From positions 4,355-68,354 of the forward strand of contig CAXPEB010000080.1 of NCBI GenBank assembly GCA_964215915.1: 64,000 nt of DNA. The letters are read 5' to 3'. Below are positions 1 to 9,594 of this stretch, one piece after another. The translations under genes and the position numbers were made by a program. A model generated the notes under the pieces. The model was not told where the DNA came from, did no database searches, and saw only the letters and a list, made by a program, of their open reading frames with translations. Source of the stretch: Bacteroidia bacterium. GTDB taxonomy: Bacteria > Bacteroidota > Bacteroidia > UBA8524. How positions within the stretch are numbered: the first letter of the stretch is position 1; each line of letters starts with the position of its first letter.

Positions 1-743
1 GGTTTACTCTAAGCCAGGAAATACCCGAAAGGATATTCCGGGTCAGCCTGAAAGATGCATATGGAAATGAAACGGTACGTCACCTGGTTTTTCAATGGGA
101 AAACCGCCCTCCCGGAAATTGGCCAATACCCGAGGCCGGAGACCAGGCAAAGCTGCTTTTCAAGGATGAAGTCACGCTAAGGCTGAAAGGAAGCAACCAT
201 TATATCGACTTCTTCCGTAACAGCCTCCTGGACTCTCTATGGGTACATGCCCGTATTGAAGCCGGTGGTTGTGATACACTGGTACTGCTACCCGAAGGGA
301 TCAATATCATGGAAAAATTCCGAATCGCTTACTCCCTTCCTCAAAATCTACCCGCAGCCCCTGAAAAGCTCTGCCTTGCCCGCAAAACAGAGAACGGGAA
401 TGAGTATGTGGGAGGAGATATTTCCACGTCTTATATCCAGGCTTATACCCGGGAAACCGGTGCTTATTTTATGAGTTGCGATACGCTGGCGCCTGAAGTA
501 GAATTGCTTCTGATCAACCGGGATTCCATCCTGGTAAGGGTAAAAGATAATTTTTCAGGATTATACCGCTACAAAGCAAGCATGGATCAGCGTTGGTTTC
601 TAATGGAATATGATCCGAAAAGCAACGAACTTTACGGCGATCTTTCCGGATATCCATCCGGAAGCAAACTGGATTTTCGATTGTTTGTTACTGACAACAG
701 AGAAAATTCCTATACTTACCGCAAAACACTAATACTACCATGA
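1..743 (+). CDS. Hypothetical protein, 5'-truncated at the window edge. Reading frame 3 is open from nt 3 to the stop at 743, and the ORF track shows only the M-initiated tail 309..743.
   Basis: Manual translation of frame 3 from nt 3 gives continuous protein (FTLSQEIPERIFRVSLKDAYGNETVRHLVFQWENRPPGNWPIPEAGDQAKLLFKDEVTLRLKGSNHYIDFFRNSLLDSLWVHARIEAGGCDTLVLLPEGINIMEKF...) with no stop. No family recognised. Confidence 0.5.
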   Translation, partial: FTLSQEIPERIFRVSLKDAYGNETVRHLVFQWENRPPGNWPIPEAGDQAKLLFKDEVTLRLKGSNHYIDFFRNSLLDSLWVHARIEAGGCDTLVLLPEGINIMEKFRIAYSLPQNLPAAPEKLCLARKTENGNEYVGGDISTSYIQAYTRETGAYFMSCDTLAPEVELLLINRDSILVRVKDNFSGLYRYKASMDQRWFLMEYDPKSNELYGDLSGYPSGSKLDFRLFVTDNRENSYTYRKTLILP

Positions 744-1192
744 GTTTAAACACAGGAGATCAAGCCCCGGCTTTTACTGCCAGGAACCAAAACGGAGATG
801 AGGTACGCCTCAGCGACTACAGTGGCAAAAAGCTCGTACTCTATTTTTACCCGAAAGACGACACTCCGGGATGTACGGCCGAAGCCTGCGACCTGCGTGA
901 TAATTACCACCGCTTTATTGAGCAGGGCTATGCTGTTCTGGGTGTAAGCCCCGATTCGGAAAAGAAGCATGTCAAATTCATCGAGAAGTATGAATTGCCT
1001 TTCGATTTGCTGGCGGACGAAGACCATTCCGTAGCCGAAGCCTTTGGAGTTTGGGTGGAAAAGAGCATGTACGGAAGGAAATATATGGGCATTGCCCGTA
1101 CCACCTTCATCATAGACGAACAGGGAAAAATTGCTGAAGTCATCGATAAAGTAAAGACCAAAGAGCACACCGCCCAGATCCTGAAGAGCTAG
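740..1192 (+). CDS. bcp: Thioredoxin-dependent thiol peroxidase (peroxiredoxin Bcp/PrxQ)
   Basis: 150 aa with the peroxiredoxin motif FYPKDDTPGCTAEAC and the typical Bcp length. It overlaps the upstream CDS by 4 nt. Confidence 0.9.
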   Translation: MSLNTGDQAPAFTARNQNGDEVRLSDYSGKKLVLYFYPKDDTPGCTAEACDLRDNYHRFIEQGYAVLGVSPDSEKKHVKFIEKYELPFDLLADEDHSVAEAFGVWVEKSMYGRKYMGIARTTFIIDEQGKIAEVIDKVKTKEHTAQILKS

Positions 1193-2538
1193 AATTCCAG
1201 GGGCATTCCCTCGAAAGTCCCCGAACTCATCAGAAGCAACACGGTCTTTTCCGATCCCCGGTACAAGGCACGCAGGTATTCGTGTAGCGCACCTGTTTCG
1301 GTAAGCACATGTACCGCTCCGCCAAATGCCTCGGCCACTTCTTCCGGCTCCAGCGCGGGTAGCTTTTTATGCGCCAATACGCGGGGAGAATAAAATACCA
1401 GGGCTTCATCGGCGTCTTGCAAGCAGTCTTTATACTGGTCCAGGAAATTTTTCTGCAGGGAACTGAATGTATGCAGTTCAAAAGAGGCAATCAGTTTGTG
1501 TTCGGGGTATTGCTTTCTTACGGCTTCTGTGGTGGCTTTCAGTTTACTGGGAGAATGTGCAAAATCGCGGTAGATAAGCCTCTTCCCTTCCTCTCCTATC
1601 TTTTCCAGGCGCCTGGCCGTGCCGGTAAACCGGGTCATGGCACGTAGAAAATCGGGAGGAGTTATATTCAGTTTTTCCGCCAGGATCATAGCTCCCGCCA
1701 TATTCTGCAGATTATGTTCCCCAAACACCTGCATGGGATATGTTTCACCTCCGAAAAAAACCTTTACCGTTCCATCTTGCACGGAATACTCCGGTGTGGA
1801 ATAAGGTTTGGCTTCCAAACGCCCGCCTTTTTCTTCCACCAGTTCCCGAAGCACCGGGTCACCGGAATACCAGGCCAGCGTTGCTCCGTTTGGTAAAGTA
1901 TCGATAAATTTCCCAAACTGTTCTACGTACATCTCCCAGCTCGGGAACACGTTGATATGGTCCCAGGCAATGCCGGTAATTTGGGCATGATGTGCGTGAT
2001 AGAACAGGAATTTCGGTCTTGGGTCCAGAACGGAATTCAGGTATTCGTCGCCTTCAATAACCATAAGGGGAGCATCGCTTAACCTCACCATGGTATCAAA
2101 ACCCTCCAGTTGTGAACCCACCAGATAATCGAAATCCATACCCTGTTCTTTCAATACATGCATAAGCATGGCGGTAGTGGTGGTCTTACCGTGGCTGCCA
2201 GCTATTACTACCCGTAGTTTATCTGCTGCATGGGCATAAACATATTCGGGAAACGAGTAAACCTTAAGTCCGAGCTCCCGTGCCCGCTTCAATTCCGGGT
2301 TATCCGCCCTTGCATGCATTCCCAGTATCACCGCATCCAGTTCCGGGTGAATTCTTTCCGGGTACCACCCCATTTGGTCGGGTAATAGCCCCGCCTCCTT
2401 CAGCCGGGTATAACTGGGATCAGCAATCTCATCATCGCTACCGCTAACCCTGTGTCCTAACTGGTGCAGGCACAGCGCCAGATTATGCATAACTGCCCCG
2501 CCTATGGAGATCAAATGAATCTGTTGTGGCATCTGCAT
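1189..2538 (-). CDS. mpl: UDP-N-acetylmuramate:L-alanyl-gamma-D-glutamyl-meso-diaminopimelate ligase (Mur ligase family, Mpl-like)
   Basis: N-terminus IHLISIGGAVMHNLALCLHQLGH parallels E. coli Mpl HILGICGTFMGGLAMLARQLGH. P-loop AGSHGKTTTTAM and DFAHSP motif are present, and the roughly 450-aa length is Mpl-like rather than MurC-like. The start was moved to an internal Met and the ORF-track start is 2559. Confidence 0.75.
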   Translation of the reverse strand: MQMPQQIHLISIGGAVMHNLALCLHQLGHRVSGSDDEIADPSYTRLKEAGLLPDQMGWYPERIHPELDAVILGMHARADNPELKRARELGLKVYSFPEYVYAHAADKLRVVIAGSHGKTTTTAMLMHVLKEQGMDFDYLVGSQLEGFDTMVRLSDAPLMVIEGDEYLNSVLDPRPKFLFYHAHHAQITGIAWDHINVFPSWEMYVEQFGKFIDTLPNGATLAWYSGDPVLRELVEEKGGRLEAKPYSTPEYSVQDGTVKVFFGGETYPMQVFGEHNLQNMAGAMILAEKLNITPPDFLRAMTRFTGTARRLEKIGEEGKRLIYRDFAHSPSKLKATTEAVRKQYPEHKLIASFELHTFSSLQKNFLDQYKDCLQDADEALVFYSPRVLAHKKLPALEPEEVAEAFGGAVHVLTETGALHEYLRALYRGSEKTVLLLMSSGTFEGMPLEF

Positions 2539-2622
2539 GCAAAATAATCCTTTTTCCATGCCCGGTAAAAAGAAAACCCCGCCGAAACGGCAGGGCTTTC
2601 CGGTAATATCTTTCCTACTGAA

Positions 2623-3801
2623 TTATTCCACATCGGTGCGGGCAGAATACCAGGGGTCTACATAGCTAACGCTTTCGTGATGTTTCCCCGGCATGAGGTA
2701 AAGCAGTCCATCTTCCTTAACCACTTTGAAGGTCAGTTCGTGAACCCATCCGCGGTCTTCACCCCAAATCAGGGCTACCACTTTTCCGCTGGGGTCTACG
2801 CTTTCAATACTGTATCCGACGGGTGAATAGGCGTTTACCTTGTATTCAAAAGGATCGAGGCGGTGTTTTTTGAAATAGGACGGTGCGATATACAGGCGCA
2901 TGTCTGTTTCGTACCCTTCCTTATTGTAAGCCATACGATCGAGCAGTTTCTCTACCAGTTCGGTCTTTTCATCTTTCTGAACGGTTTTGGTGACCTTATC
3001 CTCCACATTGGTCTCCACTTCGTACCAGGGATGGATATAGTTGTTGTCCGTATGTCCTTTGGGATACACATAGTACTTGCCCCCTTCTTTTACCACCTTG
3101 AAGGTCAGCTTATGGATCCATCCCTTGTCTTCTCCCCAGATATGGGCAACGATCTTGTCTCCATTCGTGCTAACAATCTCATACCCTTTAGGGCTATAGT
3201 AGTTGATTTTATAATCGTACTTATCGATCCGTTCCGTTTTGTAGAAAGAGGGAGCAATGTATTTACGGGCATCCGTTCCGAACTCATCGGAGCGATTCAC
3301 CATATCGTCCAGCAGGTTCTCTACCACACGTTTGGCGCTGCTGTTATCGGGAGAGTCTCCGGTTCCCGAATTATCGCCGATTTGGTCTTCCACATTGGTT
3401 TCCACTTTATACCAGGGATCGATATAACCGTACTCGGAGGGTTCTCTTCCCGGAAGCAGGTAATAATTCCCGCCGTCGTAGGTCACGATAAAATAAAGGC
3501 GGTGTACCCAGCTTTTGTCTTCCCCCCAGATCAGGCCGGTTACCAGCCCGTTACCGTGGTTCTTTTCCAGTTTTGAACCTTTTGGGTAATAAACATTTAC
3601 GTTGTAATCCCCGGCTTTTACATCATGCACCTGCAGGTATGCCGGTGATATCAGTTCACTTACAGACATGGTTTTTCCGCTAACCATATCCTTCAATACT
3701 TTTTCCACCAGCTCATTCTGGCGACCCTCATTCTGTGCATTGGCATTCAGTCCGGTGAGGGCGATCACGAATACCAGCATTGTCTTTACTAAATTTTTCA
3801 T
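2623..3801 (-). CDS. Secreted protein of unknown function built from three tandem roughly 125-aa repeats
   Basis: Signal peptide MKNLVKTMLVFVIALTGLNANAQ. Three repeats each end in LIWGEDxxWxHxLxFxVxxxGGxYYxxPG......YIxPWYxVETNVED. True ATG is at 3801, and the ORF-track extension to 4002 overlaps the usp gene and is spurious. Confidence 0.7.
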   Translation of the reverse strand: MKNLVKTMLVFVIALTGLNANAQNEGRQNELVEKVLKDMVSGKTMSVSELISPAYLQVHDVKAGDYNVNVYYPKGSKLEKNHGNGLVTGLIWGEDKSWVHRLYFIVTYDGGNYYLLPGREPSEYGYIDPWYKVETNVEDQIGDNSGTGDSPDNSSAKRVVENLLDDMVNRSDEFGTDARKYIAPSFYKTERIDKYDYKINYYSPKGYEIVSTNGDKIVAHIWGEDKGWIHKLTFKVVKEGGKYYVYPKGHTDNNYIHPWYEVETNVEDKVTKTVQKDEKTELVEKLLDRMAYNKEGYETDMRLYIAPSYFKKHRLDPFEYKVNAYSPVGYSIESVDPSGKVVALIWGEDRGWVHELTFKVVKEDGLLYLMPGKHHESVSYVDPWYSARTDVE

Positions 3802-3952
3802 GGCTGTTGATTTTTGCTTATCAATCCCTGAAGCAAAGTTGAGGTAAACGCAGAAATCAAAAATCAGTATCGCTAGGTAGTTGGCGGCACGTAGGGATAC
3901 AAAAAAACCCGCACAAGGCGGGTTAAAGGTCGTATGAAGGGATAAGTCTTTA

Positions 3953-4852
3953 TCAGATTCCTGTCCAGAAATCAGGCTTGTAACCTGTTTTCTTGGGTGC
4001 AATGCACATAACCGGAATACTGGAATGTTTGTTCACGATCTGCTGAGCATAGGTGCCGATGATAAATTCCGTGAAGCCCTTTTCCTGCTGGGTCATGATC
4101 ATGATCAGGTCAGCATTCAGCTCTTCCGCGTACTGCAAGGCATCTTCTGCCGGATTGCCGGGGTAGTTTTCATCGTCAAGCACTTTGGTAGTAAACTTCA
4201 CTCCGTTCTTTTCCAGCACTTCCTGCACTTGGTTGAAGTTGGCCTTTACTCTGTTGGAAAGGAACTGGTCCGTAACCTGAACGGAAAAGATGTGGATGGT
4301 GGACTGGAATTTTTTTGCAAGATGAATGGCCCACCAAACTTTTTGTTTGCTCTCCATGGTCAGGTCAATCGGCATCACTATATCCTTGTACCCTTGTCCG
4401 TATTGCTTTTCCTTGACCACTACAACAGGCACCGGTGAAGAGGCGATGACCCTTGAAGCATTGGAACCCACCAATTGTTCGATACCCGCAGCACCCTGCG
4501 TACCCATAATAATGGACTCGATATTATTGGCTTCATCTTCCGCATATTCCACAATAGCGCTGTATATCCTTCCGGTTTCGATTACCGAGCGGGCTTTTAC
4601 ACCATGATTCTTATAGAGGTCTTCCACTATCCGGTCGAGTTTTTCCTGAAGCATCTGACCAACCATTCCCTCCTTATAGGAGTTTTTCTGCCCCCAGATA
4701 TTCCCGATAAACGAGTCTTCGAAAATGTGCATGATACACAGCTCATTGTCGAAACTTTTAGCAATCTGAACCGCATGATCCAACGCATTTTCAGCAACAG
4801 TTGAGAAGTCGGTTGGCACCAACAGGGTATTCTTTTTCTTTTCGTTTTCCAT
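3953..4852 (-). CDS. Universal stress protein with tandem UspA domains
   Basis: 299 aa with two Usp-like halves (LLVPTDFS...; IVMPIDLT...) and glycine-rich ATP-binding-like segments GTQGAAG and IGTYAQQ. Confidence 0.75.
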   Translation of the reverse strand: MENEKKKNTLLVPTDFSTVAENALDHAVQIAKSFDNELCIMHIFEDSFIGNIWGQKNSYKEGMVGQMLQEKLDRIVEDLYKNHGVKARSVIETGRIYSAIVEYAEDEANNIESIIMGTQGAAGIEQLVGSNASRVIASSPVPVVVVKEKQYGQGYKDIVMPIDLTMESKQKVWWAIHLAKKFQSTIHIFSVQVTDQFLSNRVKANFNQVQEVLEKNGVKFTTKVLDDENYPGNPAEDALQYAEELNADLIMIMTQQEKGFTEFIIGTYAQQIVNKHSSIPVMCIAPKKTGYKPDFWTGI

Positions 4853-4891
4853 GGATATAGTGAATTTTGATCACGAAAATAGGAATAATGC

Positions 4892-5737
4892 ATGGATGAG
4901 CAAATAGCAGAAAGCGAGCTGATACTGAATCCGGACGGGAGTGTCTTTCATTTGGGGGTACTACCCGGTCAATTACCGGATTTTCTCTTCCTGGTAGGTG
5001 ATCCTAAACGGGTTCCGCGGGTATCTGACCGGTTTGATACTGTGGAGGAACGTATAGAAAAACGGGAATTTGTTACCCATATCGGGAAATTACGTGGACA
5101 AAAAGTTGGTGTCCTCTCTACCGGTATCGGTGGCGACAATATCGATATCGTACTAAACGAACTCAATCTGCTGGCCAATGCCGATTTCCGGAAGCGTACC
5201 CTGCACCCTAAAAAAAACAAACTGAAACTGGTTCGCCTGGGAACCTCGGGTAGTATAAACCCGGAAATACCCGTTGGCTCCCTGTTGGTTTCCGTTGCCG
5301 CTACCGGACTCGACGGGCTCGCCTGGTACTATTCGGAGAACCCGGAAATGCTCGACAAGGGATTCATCCTTAAAACCGGTTGGCCTGAAATGCGTAACAG
5401 GCCTTACCAGACGGCGGCTTCTTCCCTGCTACTTGAACGAAGCGGAGATTTGTTCCAACGGGGCCATACCCTGACCTGTTCCGGGTTTTACCGTCCGCAG
5501 GGACGAATCCTTCATGGCGAACAGGATCCTGCTTTACACTGGGAAACACTTCGGAAGGCTGGGATTGATAACCTTGAAATGGAAACTGCAGCCATCTATT
5601 TTCTGTCCGGGCTATTTGGCTTTGAAGCGCTTTCGCTCAACGCCATACTGGCTAACAGGGCCACCGGCGAGTTTTGTCAGGATCCGGGTGCAGTCATCGA
5701 CCAACTCATTGCAAGTGCTTTGGAACTGTTTCCATGA
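4892..5737 (+). CDS. Nucleoside phosphorylase of the PNP/UDP family (uridine/purine nucleoside phosphorylase-like)
   Basis: GVLSTGIGGDNIDIVLNEL and NLEMETAAIYF motifs (E-M-E catalytic region of PNP_UDP_1). Confidence 0.7.
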   Translation: MDEQIAESELILNPDGSVFHLGVLPGQLPDFLFLVGDPKRVPRVSDRFDTVEERIEKREFVTHIGKLRGQKVGVLSTGIGGDNIDIVLNELNLLANADFRKRTLHPKKNKLKLVRLGTSGSINPEIPVGSLLVSVAATGLDGLAWYYSENPEMLDKGFILKTGWPEMRNRPYQTAASSLLLERSGDLFQRGHTLTCSGFYRPQGRILHGEQDPALHWETLRKAGIDNLEMETAAIYFLSGLFGFEALSLNAILANRATGEFCQDPGAVIDQLIASALELFP

Positions 5738-5787
5738 CATCCACAGCCGTGGATATTTCCTGTGGCTTGCTTTTTGAACGGAAAAAC

Positions 5788-5795
5788 TAGTTTTG
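5788..5795 (+). promoter_or_regulatory. Candidate Bacteroidota -7 promoter element (TAnnTTTG) upstream of trxA
   Basis: TAGTTTTG lies 23 nt upstream of the trxA ATG. The spacing to the nearest upstream TTTG is shorter than the canonical spacing. Confidence 0.3.
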
Positions 5796-5817
5796 AATAC
5801 AAACAGAACAGAAAGAA

Positions 5818-6138
5818 ATGGCAATAGAAATCACAGATAACAACTTTGAGGAAGTTGTTTTAAAATCCGACAAACCGGTAATGGTTGACTTCTGGGCAGA
5901 ATGGTGCGGTCCCTGCCGAATGGTAGGCCCCATCGTTGAGGAAATGTCAGGAGAGTATGACGGCAAAGCCGTAATCGGAAAACTCAATGTTGACGAAAAT
6001 CCGGAAGTAACAGTTAAATATGGGATCAGAAGTATCCCGGCCCTTCTTTTCTTCAAAGGAGGCGAAGTGGTCGACCGCCAGGTAGGCGCGGTACCTAAAA
6101 ATTCCCTTTCTCAGAAACTGGAAGCGCAGATCAGCTAA
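5818..6138 (+). CDS. trxA: Thioredoxin
   Basis: 106 aa with the canonical active site [10 protein letters not shown]. Confidence 0.95.
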   Translation: MAIEITDNNFEEVVLKSDKPVMVDFWAEWCGPCRMVGPIVEEMSGEYDGKAVIGKLNVDENPEVTVKYGIRSIPALLFFKGGEVVDRQVGAVPKNSLSQKLEAQIS

Positions 6139-6150
6139 TAAAAAGACAGA

Positions 6151-6180
6151 GCCGTCGGAAAATATCCGGCGGCTTTTTTA
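6151..6180 (+). terminator. Rho-independent terminator after trxA
   Basis: GCCGTCGG-aaaatat-CCGGCGGC hairpin (8 bp including one G-U pair) followed by TTTTTT. Confidence 0.7.
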
Positions 6181-6187
6181 TGCCCAT

Positions 6188-7096
6188 ATGAACCGAATAC
6201 CCCGGGAAGAACTTGAAAAAATGGCTAACCTCGAACTGCTTGCCCGACAAGTGGTCGAAGGGTTTATTACGGGCCTGCACAAAAGCCCCTTTCATGGCTT
6301 TTCCGTAGAATTTGCAGAACACCGGCTGTACAACAAAGGGGAATCTACCCGGCATATCGACTGGAAACTTTTCGCGCGAACCGACAAACTGTTTGTAAAG
6401 CGTTACGAAGAGGAAACCAATCTACGTTGCCAGATAGTGATCGACACCAGTTCTTCCATGTTCTACCCGGATAAATCCTGGAACAAACTCAGGTTTTCCA
6501 TTATGGCCAGTGCGGCCCTTATGAACCTGATGCGCAGGCAGCGGGATGCTTTTTCGTTGGCCTTGCTCTCCGACCGGATAGAGTGGCAAAGCGAAACCCG
6601 GTCGGCGGGTGTTCACTACCATTTTCTGCTTTCCAAGCTGGAAGAATTGCTGAACCGGGAACCTGTTCCTACCCCTACGAAACTTGCAGAATCTCTCGAC
6701 CTTCTGGCAGAAAAGATCCATCGCCGTTCACTTGTGATAATCTTCAGTGACCTGGTAGAAAGCAGCGAAGACCAGGAAGCCTTATTCCGGAGTCTTCAGC
6801 ACCTTAAATTCAACAAGCATGAGGTCATTCTGTTTCATGTCCGTGATAAGGAAAAAGAAACCGAGTTTCATTTTGAAAACCGGCCTTACCTGTTTGTCGA
6901 CCCCGAAAGTGGCCGGGAATTGAAAGTCATGCCCTCCGAAGTAAGGGAAGCCTATTTGGAAGCTAGTTCCAGGCACGCCACGGAATTACGGAATAAGGCA
7001 GCCCAGTTTCAGATCGACTGGGTGGAAGTGGATGCCGCCGAGGATTTTAATCAGATCCTGCTTTCATACCTCATTAAAAGATCCAAGATGGCCTAG
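6188..7096 (+). CDS. DUF58 domain protein (vWA-like, usually partnered with MoxR ATPase)
   Basis: N-terminal LELLARQVVEGFITGLHKSPFHGFSVEFAEHRLY is the hallmark DUF58 segment. No MoxR gene is adjacent. Confidence 0.7.
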   Translation: MNRIPREELEKMANLELLARQVVEGFITGLHKSPFHGFSVEFAEHRLYNKGESTRHIDWKLFARTDKLFVKRYEEETNLRCQIVIDTSSSMFYPDKSWNKLRFSIMASAALMNLMRRQRDAFSLALLSDRIEWQSETRSAGVHYHFLLSKLEELLNREPVPTPTKLAESLDLLAEKIHRRSLVIIFSDLVESSEDQEALFRSLQHLKFNKHEVILFHVRDKEKETEFHFENRPYLFVDPESGRELKVMPSEVREAYLEASSRHATELRNKAAQFQIDWVEVDAAEDFNQILLSYLIKRSKMA

Positions 7097-8031
7097 GCCG
7101 GTTTCTGGCCTTCTTCGTAACTGTTTACATGCCGCTCCTTTTTGCTGGGATAGATGTCGGCAATCGTAACCAGGATGCCTGTTTCCTCTACATCTCCGAA
7201 ATGTGGGTTAATCGCGGTACCGAAGTTTTTCATGGTAAGCGAAAGGTTCATATAGGCATTCACCAGCGGTGGTATGTTCTCACCCAGTTTCCTTACCTGT
7301 TGATTCAGGATTTTGTGTCCTTCTTTATATTCCAGTCCGTCAAAGATCCCCTTGAACCCGTTCAGGTCCGTTTTGTACCCCAGTTGGTGATGTGGATGTA
7401 CCAGCCCTTCCTTGTCCGGAAAATAATGATCCATAAAATAATGGATCAGGTCACGCGCAAGGGGATTAAAATGCGGGTACATGGTGATCTTCCCGAAAAA
7501 GTAGCGAATATGCGGTCTGTCAATTACCAAAGCACCCAAGCCATCCCACAGGTTATCCAGGGAAAATACGCCCTTTCTGTTATTTATAGAAGGTTGATAA
7601 TCAGGCTGCACAAAAGAACGCCCTAATTCAATACTATAAGGCAGGTATTCTTTCAGGAAACGGTCAGAGAATGCAAACAGTTCGCTGGTGCTAAGGTGTA
7701 CGCTCCCGTCTGTCGACAAAGAACCTTTGCATTCGATAAACCGGTATCCACCTACAATCTGTTCTTCTTCCGGGTTCCACACCAGCAGTTGCTCATAACC
7801 GTCATCCGCATAATCAAAGGCATCCAGATCACAGTCCAAACCGGTCCCTCCTCCCGCTGTACGGAAGGTGAGCTCACGCAGACGACCGATTTCCCTTAAG
7901 GTATTCGGGGCGTTGCGCTGGTGCACGATATAAATCTCATTAGTCCCGAAATTGGCCTTACGAACAAATCGTTCAGCATTGAGCTCTGCCTTCAGCAGAT
8001 GACGCTCTATCGGGGGTATGATTGGCTGCAT
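7093..8031 (-). CDS. GNAT-family N-acyltransferase of the OlsB/GlsB lineage (hemolysin-annotated family), candidate lipoamino-acid synthase
   Basis: 312 aa. The layout resembles Bacteroidota GlsB/OlsB-like N-acyltransferases, including the N-terminal LKAELNAERF...LREIGRLRELTFR segment. Confidence 0.6.
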   Translation of the reverse strand: MQPIIPPIERHLLKAELNAERFVRKANFGTNEIYIVHQRNAPNTLREIGRLRELTFRTAGGGTGLDCDLDAFDYADDGYEQLLVWNPEEEQIVGGYRFIECKGSLSTDGSVHLSTSELFAFSDRFLKEYLPYSIELGRSFVQPDYQPSINNRKGVFSLDNLWDGLGALVIDRPHIRYFFGKITMYPHFNPLARDLIHYFMDHYFPDKEGLVHPHHQLGYKTDLNGFKGIFDGLEYKEGHKILNQQVRKLGENIPPLVNAYMNLSLTMKNFGTAINPHFGDVEETGILVTIADIYPSKKERHVNSYEEGQKPA

Positions 8032-8056
8032 AGGGCCAATTTAAATCAATTGTTAA

Positions 8057-8875
8057 TTATTTATTATCAGAAAATGCTGCCAGGACCTCATTTGATGCTC
8101 CGGTAAAGGAGAATCCACCGTCATGGTAAAGGTTCTGCTGGGTAACGTAACGCGTAAGATCCGAGAACATGGCCACGCAGTAATTTGCACAGGCCTCTGC
8201 AGGAGCATTACCCAGGGGGGAAAGTGCATCCGCATAACTGAAAAAGGCATCAAACCCACTCACACCTGAACCCGCCTTGGTCATTGTCGGGGATTGGGAT
8301 ATGGTATTGACCCTCACCTTCTTCTCTTTCCCGAAATGGTAGCCGAAACTACGTGCGATACTTTCCAACAGCGCTTTGGCTTCGGCCATTTCGCTATAGT
8401 CAGGAAATACCCGTTGTGCGGCAATATAGGTCAGTCCCACTATCGACCCCCACTCCTTCATGGCTTCTTTTTGCCAAAGGAGCTGCATGAGCCGGTGAAA
8501 GGACATGGCAGAGATGTCAAGGGTCTTGTGCATGAAATCGTAATTCAGATCGGTATACGGTTTCCCTTTACGCACATTCAGCGACATGCCTACCGAGTGC
8601 AGAACAAAATCAAGCGGACCTCCCAGTTTTTCCACCGACTGGTCAATAAGATTCTCCAGGTCCTCATTAGAGGTTACATCCGCACCGATCACCTCCGCGT
8701 TGCATTTTTCAGCCAACTCGTTGATTGCGCCCATGCGTAAAGCAATAGGAGCATTGGTCAGTACGAATTCGGCACCTTGTTCGTGGCATTTTTCTGCTAC
8801 GTGCCAGGCAATAGACTGCGAATCAAGCGCACCGAATATGATTCCTTTTTTTCCTTTTAACAGTTGATTTGACAT
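8057..8875 (-). CDS. fabI: Enoyl-[acyl-carrier-protein] reductase (NADH)
   Basis: SDR fold with KKGIIFGALDSQSIAWHVA, and the catalytic Tyr/Lys region YIAAQRV...K. True ATG is at 8875 and the track start 8950 is an upstream extension. Confidence 0.85.
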   Translation of the reverse strand: MSNQLLKGKKGIIFGALDSQSIAWHVAEKCHEQGAEFVLTNAPIALRMGAINELAEKCNAEVIGADVTSNEDLENLIDQSVEKLGGPLDFVLHSVGMSLNVRKGKPYTDLNYDFMHKTLDISAMSFHRLMQLLWQKEAMKEWGSIVGLTYIAAQRVFPDYSEMAEAKALLESIARSFGYHFGKEKKVRVNTISQSPTMTKAGSGVSGFDAFFSYADALSPLGNAPAEACANYCVAMFSDLTRYVTQQNLYHDGGFSFTGASNEVLAAFSDNK

Positions 8876-8922
8876 AGGAGGCAATGTTTTGTGCAATGTT
8901 AGTGTTTTGTCGGGAATTACTG

Positions 8923-9561
8923 CTACGGAGCGAGGCGTTCGAGTTTCCACCCGTCTTCTCCCACCCTGCTATACAGCAGGCGATCGTGCAGGCGGTTTGG
9001 CCTGCCCTGCCAGAACTCGATATGTGAAGGAATGACCAGAAAGCCACCCCAATGAGGAGGCCTCGGAACTTCCTGTCCTTCAAACCGTTTCATTTGTTCT
9101 TCAAGGCGTTGTTCCAGCACATTCCGGCCTTCGATCACCTGACTCTGATCGCTGACCCAGGCACCCACCTGGCTGCCCCGCGGACGGGTGGCAAAATAGG
9201 CGTCGGAATCGGCTGAGTCCACCTTTTCTGCCTTACCACCGATACGAACCTGTCTTTCCAGTTCCGGCCAGAAAAAATTCAGGGAGCAATACGGATTGGC
9301 CGCCAGAGCCTGCCCTTTATCGCTGTGGTAATTGGTATAAAACTGAAACCCGCTGCTGCTGAACTCCTTGAGCAGCACAATCCGGGATTCCGGGTGCTGT
9401 CCGTCGCCCGCAGTACTCAGGCACATGGCATTTGCTTCGGTTACTTCGGAGTGGAGCGCTGCTTTGAACCATTTGTCAAACAGCAATAAAGGATTTGCCG
9501 GCGCCTCCTTTTCGTCCAGGGAGGCCAGCTTGTATTCCTGTCGGATATCAGCCAGATTCAT
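8923..9561 (-). CDS. pdxH: Pyridoxamine 5'-phosphate oxidase
   Basis: 212 aa with PNPOx signatures (MCLSTAGDGQHPESRIVLLKEF; C-terminal HWGGFLVIPSHIEFWQGRPNRLHDR). Confidence 0.9.
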   Translation of the reverse strand: MNLADIRQEYKLASLDEKEAPANPLLLFDKWFKAALHSEVTEANAMCLSTAGDGQHPESRIVLLKEFSSSGFQFYTNYHSDKGQALAANPYCSLNFFWPELERQVRIGGKAEKVDSADSDAYFATRPRGSQVGAWVSDQSQVIEGRNVLEQRLEEQMKRFEGQEVPRPPHWGGFLVIPSHIEFWQGRPNRLHDRLLYSRVGEDGWKLERLAP

Positions 9562-9594
9562 TGGACAAAATTAAATATTTGAGTCGGGCTGCAA

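Noticed and set aside
2863-3576. 237-aa plus-strand ORF.
   Set aside because: Antisense to the triple-repeat secreted protein gene, with hydrophobic low-complexity translation.
3802-4002. N-terminal 67-codon extension of the ORF-track entry 2623..4002.
   Set aside because: The extension overlaps the 3' end of the universal stress protein gene. A perfect signal peptide begins at the internal ATG at 3801.
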